Source of the DNA: Girardia tigrina
Taxonomy: Eukaryota
Reading direction: 5' to 3'
Length of the DNA: 54,691 nt
Assembly: GCA_001938485.1 (NCBI GenBank)
Contig: MQRK01215702.1
Coordinates: 1 to 54,691 of the forward strand
The position numbers and the translations under genes were made by a program. This document shows, piece by piece, positions 1 through 15,097 of the stretch. The notes under the pieces were generated by a model, which did no database searches, was not told where the DNA came from, and saw nothing but the letters and a program-made list of their open reading frames with translations. Numbering within the stretch: the stretch's first letter is position 1; each line of letters begins with the position of its first letter.

Positions 1-38
<38 letters not shown>
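1..38. repeat. (AT)n microsatellite
   Basis: Perfect dinucleotide run. Similar runs at about 331-363, 7633-7660, 8259-8300, 15053-15094, 20761-20782, 22077-22101, 46762-46785. Confidence 0.95.
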
Positions 39-41
<3 letters not shown>

Positions 42-328
42 ATATGTAATTTAATTCATTCTGAAACAAATATTGTTCCTCAAAAATATTGTTTAAATAA
101 TAGTTAATTGTTATGAAATAAATTTTAGTGTTATGAATTCTATTGTTGATCACAAAAGTAAAAAAGTGGTTAGAATTTAATTATATAATGAAGATAGGTA
201 GATTTGATTTTGAATTCAAAAAGTAGCCCTAATATTGATATTTTCACGTCAAAACCTTCTGAATTGAAAAACATCGGGAAGTTTAATACTTTACATTCAG
301 GGAATAATTTATTAAAATTAAAATATGC

Positions 329-363
<35 letters not shown>

Positions 364-365
<2 letters not shown>

Positions 366-1023
366 CATTTAGATTTAATGACAATTTATTTGTAAAAAAT
401 GAAGAAAAACGTCATTTTAAGTCTTATTTTTCAAAACATGTTTCGGTATTTCGGCAACAAGAGTTGTGAAGTAAATTTCGAATTACAAGTCATTTCTATG
501 GCACATTGACTATTATGCAATTAATCTTTTTTTTAAGTTTTTTTAATTAATATTAAAAGATAATATGATTGGAAAATTCACTTTGAACATTTGAAGCATG
601 GTTTTAAATTTTTTATTAATAATTTTTCTTCAAAACTGTAAATTCAGTTTCATAGTTAACTTTATCTCTATTTCTGCATTTTTTTAATGTGATCTAGAAT
701 CGAGCTATTCCTACTCAATTGGGTGTGTTCATCTATTCTAGTGCGGAGATGACGATTTGTTTCTACAATGTACAAGGATTCACACTTGTGACATTTAAAT
801 TGATATACTAGATTAGCTTGTACACCCGATGGAGTTTTCGATTTATTTGAGAAATATCTCGATAGTTTATTAGTTATGAAGATCACCCGCAAATTAAAAC
901 TCGAAGGAATCTTTTCAGTAGGCCTTTCCTCAAATCAGACGCGCCTTCAGAAAATGGTAATTTTAAATTTATTGTTTTTATTACATTACTGCTATCATTA
1001 TTTATAATGTTTTCATTTTTATT
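364..1023 (-). mobile_element. Penelope-like element 3' fragment (GIY-YIG endonuclease relic)
   Basis: ORF 668-892 NLVYQFKCHKCESLYIVETNRHLRTRIDEH is a PLE GIY-YIG motif; abuts (TA)n; part of its upstream end is repeated in inverted orientation at 1039-1067 and 1278-1315. Confidence 0.8.
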
Positions 1024-1411
1024 CGTGAAAAATCTAATAATAAAAATGAAAACATTATAAATAATGACACTTATGAGGGGTTAATTTAAATTATTATCTC
1101 GCCTGAATAATTTATTATTTTTTTAATTTAAAGGGTAAAATATTTTTATGTTAATATGCTTATTCAATATTTTAAAATTAAAAATGATATAATAAAACAA
1201 CTATTAAAAAATAAATAAATTTTGGTGTTACAAAAATGAATCCTGATATTGAGGTTGCAACCACTTCTCACAACACTAGTAATGTAATAAAAACAGTAAA
1301 TTTAAAATTACCATTTTTATAAAAATGACATTTAATATAAATTATATTAAATTATATAAATTATATTAAGGGATTTCACTTTCATCTCCTACTTTACGTT
1401 TTATCTTTTGA

Positions 1412-1810
1412 ATCAAATAAAGTAAGCGTCTTTGTAAGCTTGCATTATGAAAAGCAGATGAGAAAGCATCTATCACTGCTACCGCAAATTGTAATAATGT
1501 CTCATTAAAATAAAAGTTAGGACAAAATTAGATTATCATTTGAATCATTCTAGTAAACTGTTACTCCTGGTTATTCGGTAGAAGAGCGTATATAGTAGGT
1601 AATACATAATCTGCACGTTTAACCGTCATGACAAAAATTTGTGCAAAGTGTTGACGCTAGTTTAAATGTTACATCCACAAATAATGTGTTAATTTTATTA
1701 ATCAATTTTCCTCCAATGGCTTTTGCAAATCTGATAATTTGGTATCAATATGTACATGCAGAATTAAATATTAAAAAACATTCTTCTTCATAATTTTAAA
1801 TTTCAAAGGA
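1412..1810 (-). pseudogene. MULE/Mutator transposase relic
   Basis: Manual translation with stops and frameshifts: LFVDVTFK...QIFVM...VLPTIYALLPN...FCPN...AVIDAFSSAF, matching the MULE DDE pattern DGTFK...PxxYALLPNK. Confidence 0.65.
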
Positions 1811-2310
1811 AGCTTCATTAACTAGTTTGGCTGGTGATTCGAATAGGTTTCATAATAGATAGTTCACCGAGTGCCACACTAGTCATTCCTTGAAATGCGA
1901 ACGCTCGAATCTGAAAAGGAATTTCCCGTGTTTCTGTGGATGTGTTTTTTAAAACCGCAATAATTCGAGAAACTGCAACAGTTGCTACACTTACTAAATT
2001 TGTGTTCGTAGCATAAAATTTACAGTAAAAATACTGGCGTCGAAACAGCTAGCGCTGTGATGCCCGGAGTCAAAATGCCCAGCATCGAGATGTCTTGCAC
2101 TCATAAACTTTACGGTACTTTTTATACTATCAAATTTTGGTGTATCGATGACACGATGACACTATCTAACAATTTTATGAAGATTGTCACTATTTGTTTT
2201 CTATCGAATAACGTTAACAAATTAGATAACGTAAACAGAAGAACTCAATTTATTTTGAATGTAAAGTACAATAATTCTCAACGTCTTTTTTATATCTGTG
2301 CTAATTTAGT

Positions 2311-5300
2311 CTAATCATCTTCTTCCTCTCCTTCTTCCTCTTCCTCTTCAGCATCTTCGGCTTCTTCAGCTTCTTCTGCTTTTGCTTGATTTGCTCTAAA
2401 AGCTGCTTCGTCATCCGGGGTTGGATCTTCAATTTCAGTAATTTCTGGACCTGAAAGAAACTCAGTTTGGACTGGTGCCAACGAAAGGGGACTCAGATTT
2501 GGTGTAATATACTTTTGACCCCATCCAATATAAATATTATCAAACGTTCTAAATAATTAATTAATACCAATAAAATGAATATTAAATTAAAATAATCCAA
2601 CTTCCCCGTAGCAAAAGCGTGAGCTCCTGGCCACAAATTCGATGACATTATAGCAACAGCATATTGCTGCACGAGATTTGATGATAGTTTCGTCGACCAG
2701 GCCGGCATTCCATTAATTTCTTCATCTTCATTAATTGGTGTTAATAAAGGAGGTCCTGACTCTGGTTCTGGTTCATCCATTTCTTCTTTTTCTTCTTCTT
2801 CTTCGTCTTCTTCTGCTTCATCTGTATTTTTTGAAGCAGGATTCCACCTTTAATTGATTAAAGTGAATATTTTTATTAAAAATACTTCGGTATTTAAAAC
2901 ATAATTATTAAATTATTTGAGAGACAAATGAAATAGAATATCAAATATTTTCATCATTATAAGCGATTACTTGAATGTTCAATATGTATATGGATGAGGA
3001 ATAGATAAAATAATAATAAATAATATTTTAATAAAATCAAACAACTAAAAAATAGAATTTATATAAAAATATGTCTGTGAGGAATGCTTTGAATTGTGTG
3101 TTGATATTGTGCATGTTGTATGTTGATTCGGATTGTGCCTCTCCTGCACAGATGGATGATTCGTATTTTCTTTCATTCCTACTAATTAAAAATAATTTAA
3201 TTTAATTTTAAAGTAAAAAGATTTAAAATAATTTTTGAATGTATTATTTATTTTTTTAATGTAATTTAAAATTGTTAATATATTAATTTAATATGTTCTT
3301 TTTTAAAAAATGTTTAGATTTAATTTTTACCAATTAGATTCTTTATAATTAATAATTTTTATTAACAGATTTTCATTTATTGAAAATAATTAGTTTGAAC
3401 TCAGAAATATATTGATGAAGAAAAATGTCAAATAGTGAATGCGCTTGTGATATTAATAAATGTTGTAAAACTCATATTGATGTTGTTAATAATGTCCAAG
3501 TAAATGGTAATTCAGAGATTTATAAAACTAATAAAAAGTACAAAATATTGGAAAACGAAAAAAAGGATGTCGAGCGACCCTTTACTCAATTTTCGTCACT
3601 TGAAATAATAACTTTTTCAACAATTATTTCTTTTTTCTGTTATTTAGGCCTCATAAACCACTAAAATAATTTAAGGCAAAGTTTTAGAAAGTGTAGCTTA
3701 ATTCATATTAGCCACATCACAATTTGCATGAACATATTTATTTACAACTCAAACAAACTCGTTTTCGGAAGCACTTTCTGCGGGAAGCATGGATCTTGAT
3801 TAATATACTGAGCGACAAATTTTTTAAAACACTTGTATTATTAAAGAAATAAAAGAAAATAAACATTATTTTGAGTAATGAATGTAGTGAATCAAATAAT
3901 TTTGTCAAGTGTTATGTTTAGTATAAATGGAAATGGGTAAATCATTTTGTTTAAATAAATCATTTAAATATATTTATTACGTAAAAATTCAAAGTCGACA
4001 TATTTTTTAAAACAGTAAGATTTGTTATATTATTAAACGATTTACCCAGTTTAATTGTTATTAATTATAAATATACAGATATTTTCTGAAATTCTAAACA
4101 GAAATATGAAGTAATTTTGAAAGATATTTGGCAAAGAAGTGAAAAACGGAAGGGTTGAGTTATTTAGAGATTTCTAGAAGATTATCGATTTCTAGAATTT
4201 CGGCAATTAATCTTTGTCGATATAATAAGAAAAGATGTCTCAAGAACACAGGACCTCGACAAAAATTAATAAAAAATATGAAGTTATCAATTAAGAGGAC
4301 GATAGAACATTTGCAGTCAAATTTTCAAAAAATTAATTCGTCTAAATTGATTGCAGAATGCAATTTAAATTGTTCAATTCGAACAGTACAAAGACATCTG
4401 AAAGCTGTAGGTTACAAATATCAAAAAATTAAAGCAGAAATATCGTTATAAAGGAAGCAGAAGAATGATAGAATTGATCATATTTTTAGATGGATTAGCG
4501 AAAACCACAGTTGGGAAACGACAATATTTACGAATGAGAAAAGATTCACATTGGATGGGCTAGACGATTGGAGAACATATGTACAAAAAATCGAAAATAT
4601 ACTCGTCAAAAGCGCCAATTTAAAGGTGGTAGTGTTATGATCTGGATGATGGTTCTGCCTATTGAACTTCTTTCATACAAAATCATAGAATGAAAATTTG
4701 GATCTAAAGATTATAAGCAATTATTAATACATAAATCTATACCTATCATAAAACTTAACTGTGGTTAGAATTTCTACTTCCAGGAAGACAATAGTCCGTT
4801 TCATAAAAACAAACTTATAAAGGACTTTATGAAAGAAAGCGAAATTTCTGTACTTAATTGGCCTGCGAAAAGTCCAGCTTTAAATATTACTGGGGACATG
4901 TGGAAGAAAATATCCGACATTGTTTACGATGGCGCTCAGTATAAAAATAATTTTATGTTTATCCATCAAAAATGTCATACACTTGATTAACTCATCATTA
5001 TCGAATTGTATAGGTCAATAAGAAGTCGACTGCGCAAGATATTAAAAGTGAATGGAAATCTGTACAACAGTTTAGTGTCCTAGAATAAATATTACTGTTT
5101 TAAAAAATTTGTCGTTTTTAACTATGCATGAAATTTAATTTTTCAATAATTTTTTTAGCACAAATGCAATGTAATTAGTGACAAATTTTTATTTACTTTT
5201 TCTAAACCTTAAAATTTAAAATAACGCATAAAAATTTTAATATTTGTACATATCATTACGATATAAACTAAAGTGTAAGTGTGTTAAAAAATTTGTCACT

Positions 5301-5661
5301 CAGAATATGTTTTTTGTATCTATATTCAAACTTTTGATTAATGAATGAGATTTTATAATTATTATCTTTTAATTTGTCGAAATTTAATTGGATAAAAATG
5401 CAATAAGTAAATTTTTAAATAAACATTAGTTTTTAAAATATATTAAATTTAATAAGTTAAATCGAATACTAAAATATTATTATAATTTATAGTTACAAAA
5501 TTTTTAATTAATTAGTATTTAAACATTAATCTCATTAGATTACAATAATTAATCAATAACATATAAATCACATGTGAGTAGGAAAGTCACCAATCTAAAC
5601 GCATTGAAACATTCAGAATTGTCTCTCACAATTCCATTGTAAAAAATATTTTTAATGACCG

Positions 5662-5692
<31 letters not shown>

Positions 5693-6989
5693 CATCCCTT
5701 GATAGTTTTCTGCGAAATTTAATTAAAATTATAAAATTAAAAAAGTTTTAAATTTGATTGCGAATGATTTTTTATTTTTCAAATGTTGTGAACATTTCAC
5801 TGGATAAAAATTTCAAAATCAAAACTGCTTATAATGATTGATAATGATAATTAGTCTGAACAACAACATTAAATTCTAAAATGAGCCCAGTAGGAAGCAT
5901 CTAAGCTTAAAATTTTCCATCAGCGATGCACCTCTGCTACTACTGTCCGGTCTTCAGAGCAACATGTGGATCTGGCGGAAACAAGGGAATTCCTTGATAA
6001 CGGTTCATTTTATAAATAACTAAACAATGATGCAACACTGGATAATCGACAAAAAATATCAATTATTTCTGTTGTGCACTTGGATTCATGTTTCGGTTCT
6101 ATCAAAAAACGTATAGTAAACATTCAAAATAAATTATATTTCATTTTCGCTCCTGAGCCAATGGTACCCGTACGAAATAAAAGTCCCAAATAATCATCCT
6201 TTTTGCAGTGTATCCCTCTCACAGCTAGGGCATATCTCTTATAGTTCAACCAAATTGCTAATTAAAGAAAAATATTTTTCAGTCCCAGACAATGCCATGT
6301 TAAAAATAAAAAAAAACTCGAACAAAAATCAAAATGATATTTTCATTTACTGAAAACAATGAGTAGAATAATTGTCAAGAAAACATGAAGAATAAAGAAA
6401 CAATATAAATTATAATTATTTATATAATTTATAATATTATTATTGTTATTGTTATTATTATTAAGAACACCAACATGGCTTTTCGAACTTTTATTTTCAA
6501 TATAATTAGAATTGTCTTTTGGACAACTCTCAGCAAAACTTTCGTAGTTCGACATCGTTCTAAATTGATAAATTTTAGTTAATGTTTTTAATAAATAATT
6601 ATTCGAACAAATTTTTCATTATTTTCAGATTTTATTTTTAAAGTTCAAATTTTGTAATTTTAGTAATAATTTTATCTAAATATTAATTTTATTTAAAAAT
6701 GATTTTATTTAAAGAAAGAACATTTAATTAATTTAAAACTTAGTTAAAAGTTATTTACTTTATTTAAATTTTTAATATTAAAATTTGAAACGATTTTATA
6801 TTTTTAAGTTTTTTAAATATTTTATGCTGTACTTTAAAATGCAAATTATAATCGAATAACTATTCATCGTGAACATCTAAAATATCAATTTTCCATCTGG
6901 GTGGGAGAAACAAATTTCCAAATACTAAACTCAACATACAAAATTCAACAAACCAATTTCAACATCCCAAATTTAAAATATTCCTCACA

Positions 6990-7055
<66 letters not shown>

Positions 7056-7629
7056 ATCAAAATAACTTTATTAAAATTCAATTATCTTGAAAAGAAGATT
7101 TTTTAATTTAAAAATTTCCTGACAAATGTCAGAAGAAAAACAAAAAAATAAAATTTATTGTCAAAGCCAAAATGAATATTTTAATTCGAATTCTCTCTAA
7201 ATGTTGAGCGATATTTTCATCATTCAATTAATGCCAAAATTATTAATTTATTAAAAAACATTTTCAATTTTTTTATTATTATTATAAAAAATATTTTTAT
7301 TGTTTAGAAAGCAACCAAACTTTAATGGAGTTAGTGATTTTTCTTTAATGTCAAAAAAATAAAAATAAGTTTTCTTTTAAATCAAAATTTAATTACATAT
7401 TCCACGAAACAATAACCACAGGAGGGAACAGGAGATGCTACGTTGATCACTATAATTATGTAAAGTGGTAGTTATAGATTCAACCATAAATATATCAAAT
7501 AACCCAGTCACTATAAAATTAGGTTAAATTATAATCAACGACGAATAAGCAACAAGATGTTTCACGCTAAATTGAATACAAAGGATTAGATTAAAGTTAA
7601 CATTTTATCTTCTACATGATTATATATCC

Positions 7630-7660
<31 letters not shown>

Positions 7661-8253
7661 TTCGAAAATATAATTTGATTAAAGCTTTTTTAATACAACT
7701 ATTGGACATGTTTCGATTTTTAAAAAAATCATCATCAGCAATTTTCTATTNNNNNNNNNNNNNNNNNNNNNNNNNNNNNNNNNNNNNNNNNNNNNNNNNN
7801 NNNNNNNNNNNNNNNNNNNNNNNNNNNNNNNNNNNNNNNNNNNNNNNNNNNNNNNNNNNNNNNNNNNNNNNNNNNNNNNNNNNNNNNNNNNNNNNNNNNN
7901 NNNNNNNNNNNNNNNNNNNNNNNNNNNNNNNNNNNNNNNNNNNNNNNNNNNNNNNNNNNNNNNNNNNNNNNNNNNNNNNNNNNNNNNNNNNNNNNNNNNN
8001 NNNNNNNNNNNNNNNNNNNNNNNNNNNNNNNNNNNNNNNNNNNNNNNNNNNNNNNNNNNNNNNNNNNNNNNNNNNNNNNNNNNNNNNNNNNNNNNNNNNN
8101 NNNNNNNNNNNNNNNNNNNNNNNNNNNNNNNNNNNNNNNNNNNNNNNNNNNNNNNNNNNNNNNNNNNNNNNNNNNNNNNNNNNCCAATAGTTGTATTAAA
8201 AAAGCTTTAATCAAATTATATTTTCGAAATACTAAACTTGCGTTCACAAGACT

Positions 8254-8302
<49 letters not shown>

Positions 8303-11300
8303 CTGTATTACGTCGATTTAACGCCATGGCGTTTATTTCAAATGCTGATTCGAAGGTGCGGCGTTAAATCGAAGTAATACATAAAAATATATCACAATTA
8401 TATAAAAAATTTTTATTTTATTATTTTTTATTACATAAAATAAATACATCATGTCTGCTAATTTCGTTGATTTCGTTTTCCATTTTTGAAGTAAAATTCA
8501 TTTTTATTAGCAAAAATTAATAATTTTTATTTAAAAAACAAATTTTCCGATTCCTTTTTATTAAAAAGTTTGTAAAAATCGATTTGCCGACATTTATTTT
8601 AGTTTATACATTCTGATCAATTTTCAAAAAACACAAATTTCAAAATTTATATTTAGTTCGATTTATTTTTAATATTTTTCCATTCGTTTTATTAACTAAA
8701 ATTCTATATAGGTGTATTTATATGTATCCATGGAATTTAGAAACCTCTTTTTGAAGGCCTTCTACTCATTCAATTTTCTCCAATCTTTGCACATTTACCC
8801 ATTCTCAATGACAATAAATGATTATGTGAAAATTTGATCGAAAAAAGCTTTTTAAAATCCAAAAATGGGAAAAAAGCTTTTTAAAATCCAAAAATGGGAA
8901 AAAACGGAAAATTCGCAGTTCTCGAACAATATTAATTGCAAGATATCTGTGAGGGATAATTGTGAATGTTGTAAGTTTGTTGTTTTTATGCTGTTTAGAT
9001 TTGTGACTCTCTCCTACTCAGATGGGATTGATATGTTTATTGAGTGATTATTTGAATCTAATGAAATTAATTTTAAGTACTAATTAATTATAGTTTTATA
9101 ATTATGAATTTTAATAATATTTTTAGTAAAAGATTTTAAATTATTAAATTTAATATATTTTAAAAATTAATGTTCATTTAAAAAATTATGTAAACCCCTT
9201 TTCATCCAATAAAATTTAAGAAATTAAAACTTTATATTAAAAACTTTTCCATTCATTGTTTTTTTTAGATTTGAATACTTAAACGAAAACTATATCAATC
9301 AAAGAAAGATGACCTCTGAAAATTGTTGTGAAGAATCTGCTTGTGTTGTCAATAAATGTTTACATTCAAATTGTGATGTTGTTAATAATATCTATTGATA
9401 AATTATAAGTAGTTTATATTGATTTTTATTGTTTTTCTAATTAAAATTTTTTTAAATCCCTAATTTTTAAATTTTAAAAACTTTGTTGGCAAAGTAGAGT
9501 TTGGTCTGCATAAAGAATGGATATAAAAATTTTAATTTTTTCATTTACTAGTTTTATAATTGTTTTAATGTTTTATTGTTTATTATTAAATTTTAATGTT
9601 TTTTTACTTTAAAATTTTCAAAAAATTTATTTTATTACAAACTTATAAATAAAAATTTAACCTTAATTCGATTGTAATGTAATCTTTTTTTATCAAATAG
9701 TATTTACTGAAATTAAATTTAAAAAAAATTGCTTTAATATTTTAATTTTAAATATTTATAAAAGATTTTTAAATTATGTACTAAAATTTGAATCATTTCC
9801 AAATTATTAACCTAACCTATTTGTAAGCGAAATAAAATGAACTAACTCACCATACAACAAATGAATCACAAACGGAAAGGTAAACGATATCCTTAATAAC
9901 AACACAATTATCAGAAAAACTATAAATGCAGAAAGCAGCCAGTTCACAAATAAGTATCTTTACAGTTTTTTTTACTTACTTTGACATCTTTATTTATTTT
10001 TAGAAACATTATTTTTTCATTTTCCTTAAATTAGAAATAACAATCGGGTTGAAGATGATGTAACGGATTTAAATAGTTAGGTAAGATATATAGTGGCTCT
10101 ATTTCATTCTGTATATTTTGTGGAATGGTTGCTTTCTGCATAACCACGCTCAATTATGGAACACTTGAAAATAATTAAGCGAATGAAAAATCAAAATACA
10201 TTAACCTAAAACAAAATACACAAAGTTAATTGCTCAAATCCAATGATTATCTGATAATAATTTTAAAAAGATTCTTAAAACCAAGAAAGAAAATATAAAA
10301 TTAACTAGTTTTATTATTAAATGAAAAAAACATTAAATATTGTTCTGCTGTCCTTCGAAAATTAGTAAAGCACCAAATGTGTAGCGCATCACAGTTAATC
10401 TTTAATCGATAACGACATTATTTATTGGGATCCCTAATGATATTTAAAAGCTATATACGTTTTATATTTTGCATATTACGAAAAATTCTTAAATGTTTAG
10501 TTTAAAAATCCTTTCATTAAGTTATTTTATTTTTTGAAAAAGAAAACGTTATGGTTGAGTTAATAATACTCAATCAAATTTGTTGAAGGATAAATGTTAC
10601 CTAGGGTTATAAATCAAATGTAAAAGGGAATCATCTTATTACAAACAAGTCGAGTATTTCTGTGAATCATTATCAATAAGACACTAAATCCCAGTAATAA
10701 ATATTCAAAAGGGGGAAAGTGACGCTGTGTCAATTCTTAAAATCTTTAATAAATAAATAAATAAATTTTCCAAATAAGTCGAGCACTTCTTGCAGTGTAA
10801 AAGTTAAAAAAGATAAACTTCATTTCTTAAATTATTTGAAAACTGAAAAGAATAAAAGATTCACTTTGATTTGTATACTTGTTGGAATATTTGTTGTCAA
10901 GATCAACAGATCCCATCAATCCACGCAACATGTATTGCTATTGGTAGACTTCATTCCCAAAGGTTAATTTTTTTATTTAGAAACACGACTTTATTTTAGC
11001 AAAAATAAATAATGAATTATAATGATAATAATAAATCATCAATTAACATTACAGTAATCGTGTAATTGTAGATTTAAGATTCGTTCTATACACTTGAGAA
11101 TATTGGGATAATTTTGGTAATTATTTATTTCTTTCAGAAAAAAATAAAATTAATTTTAATAAAAATAAAATAAAATATTAAAATTATATAAATTTTAAAA
11201 AAAATAACAATAAAAAAAAGAGAAAAACAAATGGTTTATTTATGTTCCTAATAATGTCCTTATACTTTCCAAAGACGTTTCACAAGGTGGGTCTGACGGA

Positions 11301-14300
11301 CGGATAATTGCTGTATTGTTGCGTTTAAATTTGAAACTAAAATAGTCTTCCTTGGTTTTGTGAGGCACTGTAACCAAAGTAGATTAGTTAATAACCTTAT
11401 AATACGTTGTCCGATTACCCGGGGGAAATGAAGGGGGATAGGTTTGTGTGGATTTTCAAGAATCATTGAATTGAAAGCCATTGATGATAACAAACCGGCT
11501 TTGGAGAAGGCACAAAATAATTTGGAATCATATATATTTTTAAAAAGATCTGGGAGAAAACCCAAATAATGGTCAGAAAAAACGTCAACCGTTCTATTCA
11601 GAGCTCGAAGTCCGATTACAACGAGAACAATGAATCCTTTCAATGTAATTTAAGCACTCATTCAAGATCGAGTTTTTCAAAATAAAAAAAAACATTAACC
11701 AAATCCAAAACACAAATGTTCTCAGTCAACCCAATAATCGCTCCTCTGTTTCCGTCAGTTTTGTTTAATATTGACTCTTACTCAATTTGTTCATAGTGAA
11801 TTTTGTGATCTACAAGTTTTTACTGTTTTTTTTAAAAAAAAGAAAAATAAAACGTTTACTTATTATGCAAAAAAGATTAAATAAAAAAGAAAAAAAAAAT
11901 AAATCAAGAAAACGAACAAACAATGTTGTCAAAATGGCATTTAAAAAGAATCGTTAAAATTAACACATTACGGTCCGCAGCGTTCCGCATTATATGTTGT
12001 ATAGAGTCCGGGCGAATTACGCAAAAAATGCCAATTACACACATTTTCGTAAAATCGATATAATTATTAAACCAACAGATCAATTGCAACGAAAGTTCAC
12101 AGATACCTTCAAATTGGTATACTGCATCGATATATGTAAACATAACAATGGGTTTCAATCTGTGGTGCATTTACCAGCGTGATAAAGTACATAAAAGCTA
12201 TTTTATTATAGAAATAATATGGCCCTTGATATCCTTGAACTTGATACATGTGTGTATAGTAAAAAATGTTTCGGGGTCAGTCATAAAAAATCTAGGCTAA
12301 AAATAAATACAAGGAGAGCTCTATCACACATGTGTCTTATGGATGCCAATGCGTTTTCAGTGGCGCCGCGCGCATTAATTATTTTATAAATTATATAGAA
12401 TATAAATATTATTTAAATATATTTATTTTTAAACTAATAAGCTTTATTAAATTATATGGTTGTTAAGGGTTTAGGTACCCAAATTTTCTACCGTGAAATT
12501 AGTATAGAGTGCCATAAGACGGTGTTATTATTATTTATTACACATTTATAATTATTACATTTGATCACAAATTATTAGTTATCATATCATGATACCACTG
12601 ATAATGAAAGACTGTCCAAAAACTTCCCCAAAACGCAATTGTGTATGTAAATTACTATAAAACGTCATCCAGATACTTGTCAGATATTTGGTGGCAATGA
12701 CGGAACTATATTCAATAATAGAATAGCATTTTAAATATTTATACTGCCATCTCTTGAAGAAATTAGAATAGCTCTCGTCGCTAACCATTTTATACAAAAA
12801 TAAAAATATTTTTCCTAATTCAAATTATTAAACAGTATCTAAAATATTTGTAACACCATCTCATGATGGAATCAAAAAAAATTTTAGTTCGTATATATTT
12901 TTTGTACACACAAAATTCATATGAAAAATAGTATGCATTTTCGCGCGAACGGACTCACAGAAGTGCCGCGCATAGTGTGCGTTTTCGGGTGAGCGGACTC
13001 TAATGTGTTAAAATACCACGTCATAGTAGTTTCGAGAAATTTCTTTTCTCGAAAATTCACGGCTTTATCTGATTGGCCAAATTTTTATTATAGAAAAAAA
13101 TGATTGATTGTTCTTTAAAAAAGGAAAGACTGATTGTATAAAAACATCCAGGGGCTCGTGATCGATTCAGAAATCATTGATATTATTTTTATGGAATTTT
13201 TGTGTCGAAATAAATCAATTGAGAAACAAAAATTCAAATTGATTTCTTATTGTTTTTACAGGATTTGAAAGGTTTTTCGTTTTTTCGCATTGTAATCTGG
13301 AACGAAATCGATAATTGTAAAATATAGCTTTATCGTTGATTTTGGTTGTCATCGATTGTTACGAAATTTCTTTTCTGCTATGTTTTGCATCGGAAAATAT
13401 TGATTGTGATGCTGGAAATTATGTGGGGAAAGTCGTGGACAAAATTTAATAGGAATAAAGATACTTGTAAAAATTAAATTTTGGGAAATAAAATTTTTGT
13501 GGAGAATTGTGTTTGAGTGATTCTTTAGAACTTTGACATTATTTCCTATGATAAATAAATTGGATATGGCGTATCATTCTGAATTTACTGAATTCTCTAA
13601 TTCGATATGTCACATGGATCTTTTTTCGCAATTTGATCCGAAAATTCAAGAAATATCTTTCTATATTTTCAATCAGCTTCTATCAATCAAACCAGGAGAA
13701 ACAAGACCAGCATTACTCAGCGGTCAAATATCATCACACAAGTTCTTGACAAACGGAGTTGCCTCTATTTCAAGGATTGACGAGATCCTAGCATTCAGTG
13801 AGCCATTGTTGCGTTATTGCCCCCACGACCCACCAACCCCCCACCTTAACCTTTGAGCGAATGACGCGCCCAGCCCGTTCTCGCACCAAGATACATGTTC
13901 TTTTTTCGGTATTTAATATTTTATTTTTTGTTGCTGCTCAACAAGATATTGCATTCTTCTTATTTATTATCTATATCAAATAACAACATCTTTATGTACG
14001 CGGTCTGTCCGAAAAGTTCTTAGTCTATCAATGAAAAACAAAAGTTAAATTTGAAAAGATATATTTATTCTTCAATATAATCTCCCAATACATTAATACA
14101 TTTATTCCAACGTTTTTCTAACAATTCTATCCCTTGATATAAATGATTTTCCTCGAGCTCTGCAAAATAACCGTTTACAGCTGCAATAGCTTCATCATTT
14201 CATATGAACATTCCAGCAAGGAACATTTTTAAGTTAGGAAGAAAATAATAATCACTGGGAGCCAAATCTGGTGAATACGGTGGATGGTCAAGTAATTCGT

Positions 14301-15048
14301 ACTTCAATTCATTCAATTTAGCCATCATCAAACCACTTTTGTGAGAAGGTGCATTGTTTTGATGAAGAATGATTTTTCTCACGAATTATTGCATCCAGTT
14401 ATTATCCGAATTATTTAGCCATTTTTAGTGCACTTCCATCAGCTTCAAAAACAGTGTTTCACTGTTGTTTTGTTTCTGGTGTATAATTGTGGATCCATAT
14501 CTCATCAACAGTTGTAAACGACATTTAAAATCCACTTTATTTTGTGTAAAATGATCCAAACAAGCGTTAGAATTTCTCATTATCATTCTCAAAGCGTTTG
14601 TGAATGATAATTAGCAAATGCGGCACCATCTTGCGTAAAGCTTTTTTATGTGTAATTATTCATGCAAAATATATCCAAATCGATCTTTTGAGATGCACAT
14701 GGTATCAGTTATTTCACTTACTTTGACACATCGAACATGTAACACCATATCATGTACTTTATAAACGATATCTGGAGTTGTCACAGTTTTTTGACGTCCA
14801 TTACGTGGTTCATTTTCAATGCTTTTACGATCACGTTAAAAATCCGAAATTCAATTTTTTACTGTGACATACGAAGGAGCACTTTCGCGTAACACAATCA
14901 CTGTATCAGTATGAATTTCCTTTTCTTTTAATCCTTTCATAATTCCATTACCACCCGATTCTTGAAAAAAAGCAATGTAAAGTCAATTTTAAATGGCTTT
15001 TAAATAAAGAAAGAAATGACACACTAAAATGAAATTTAACATGTGTTC

Positions 15049-15097
<49 letters not shown>

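Noticed and set aside
425-470. Hammerhead in the first PLE terminus (GAAACATGTT on minus strand)
   Set aside because: Only the 3' half of the core is present; no CUGANGA or stem II
1856-2168. hAT-like MITE with TAGATAGT/ACTATCTA ends
   Set aside because: Inverted match is short and no 8-bp TSD is present
7675-8256. Long ORFs spanning N runs (also 25511-25845, 32987-33913)
   Set aside because: Artefacts of assembly gaps translated as X
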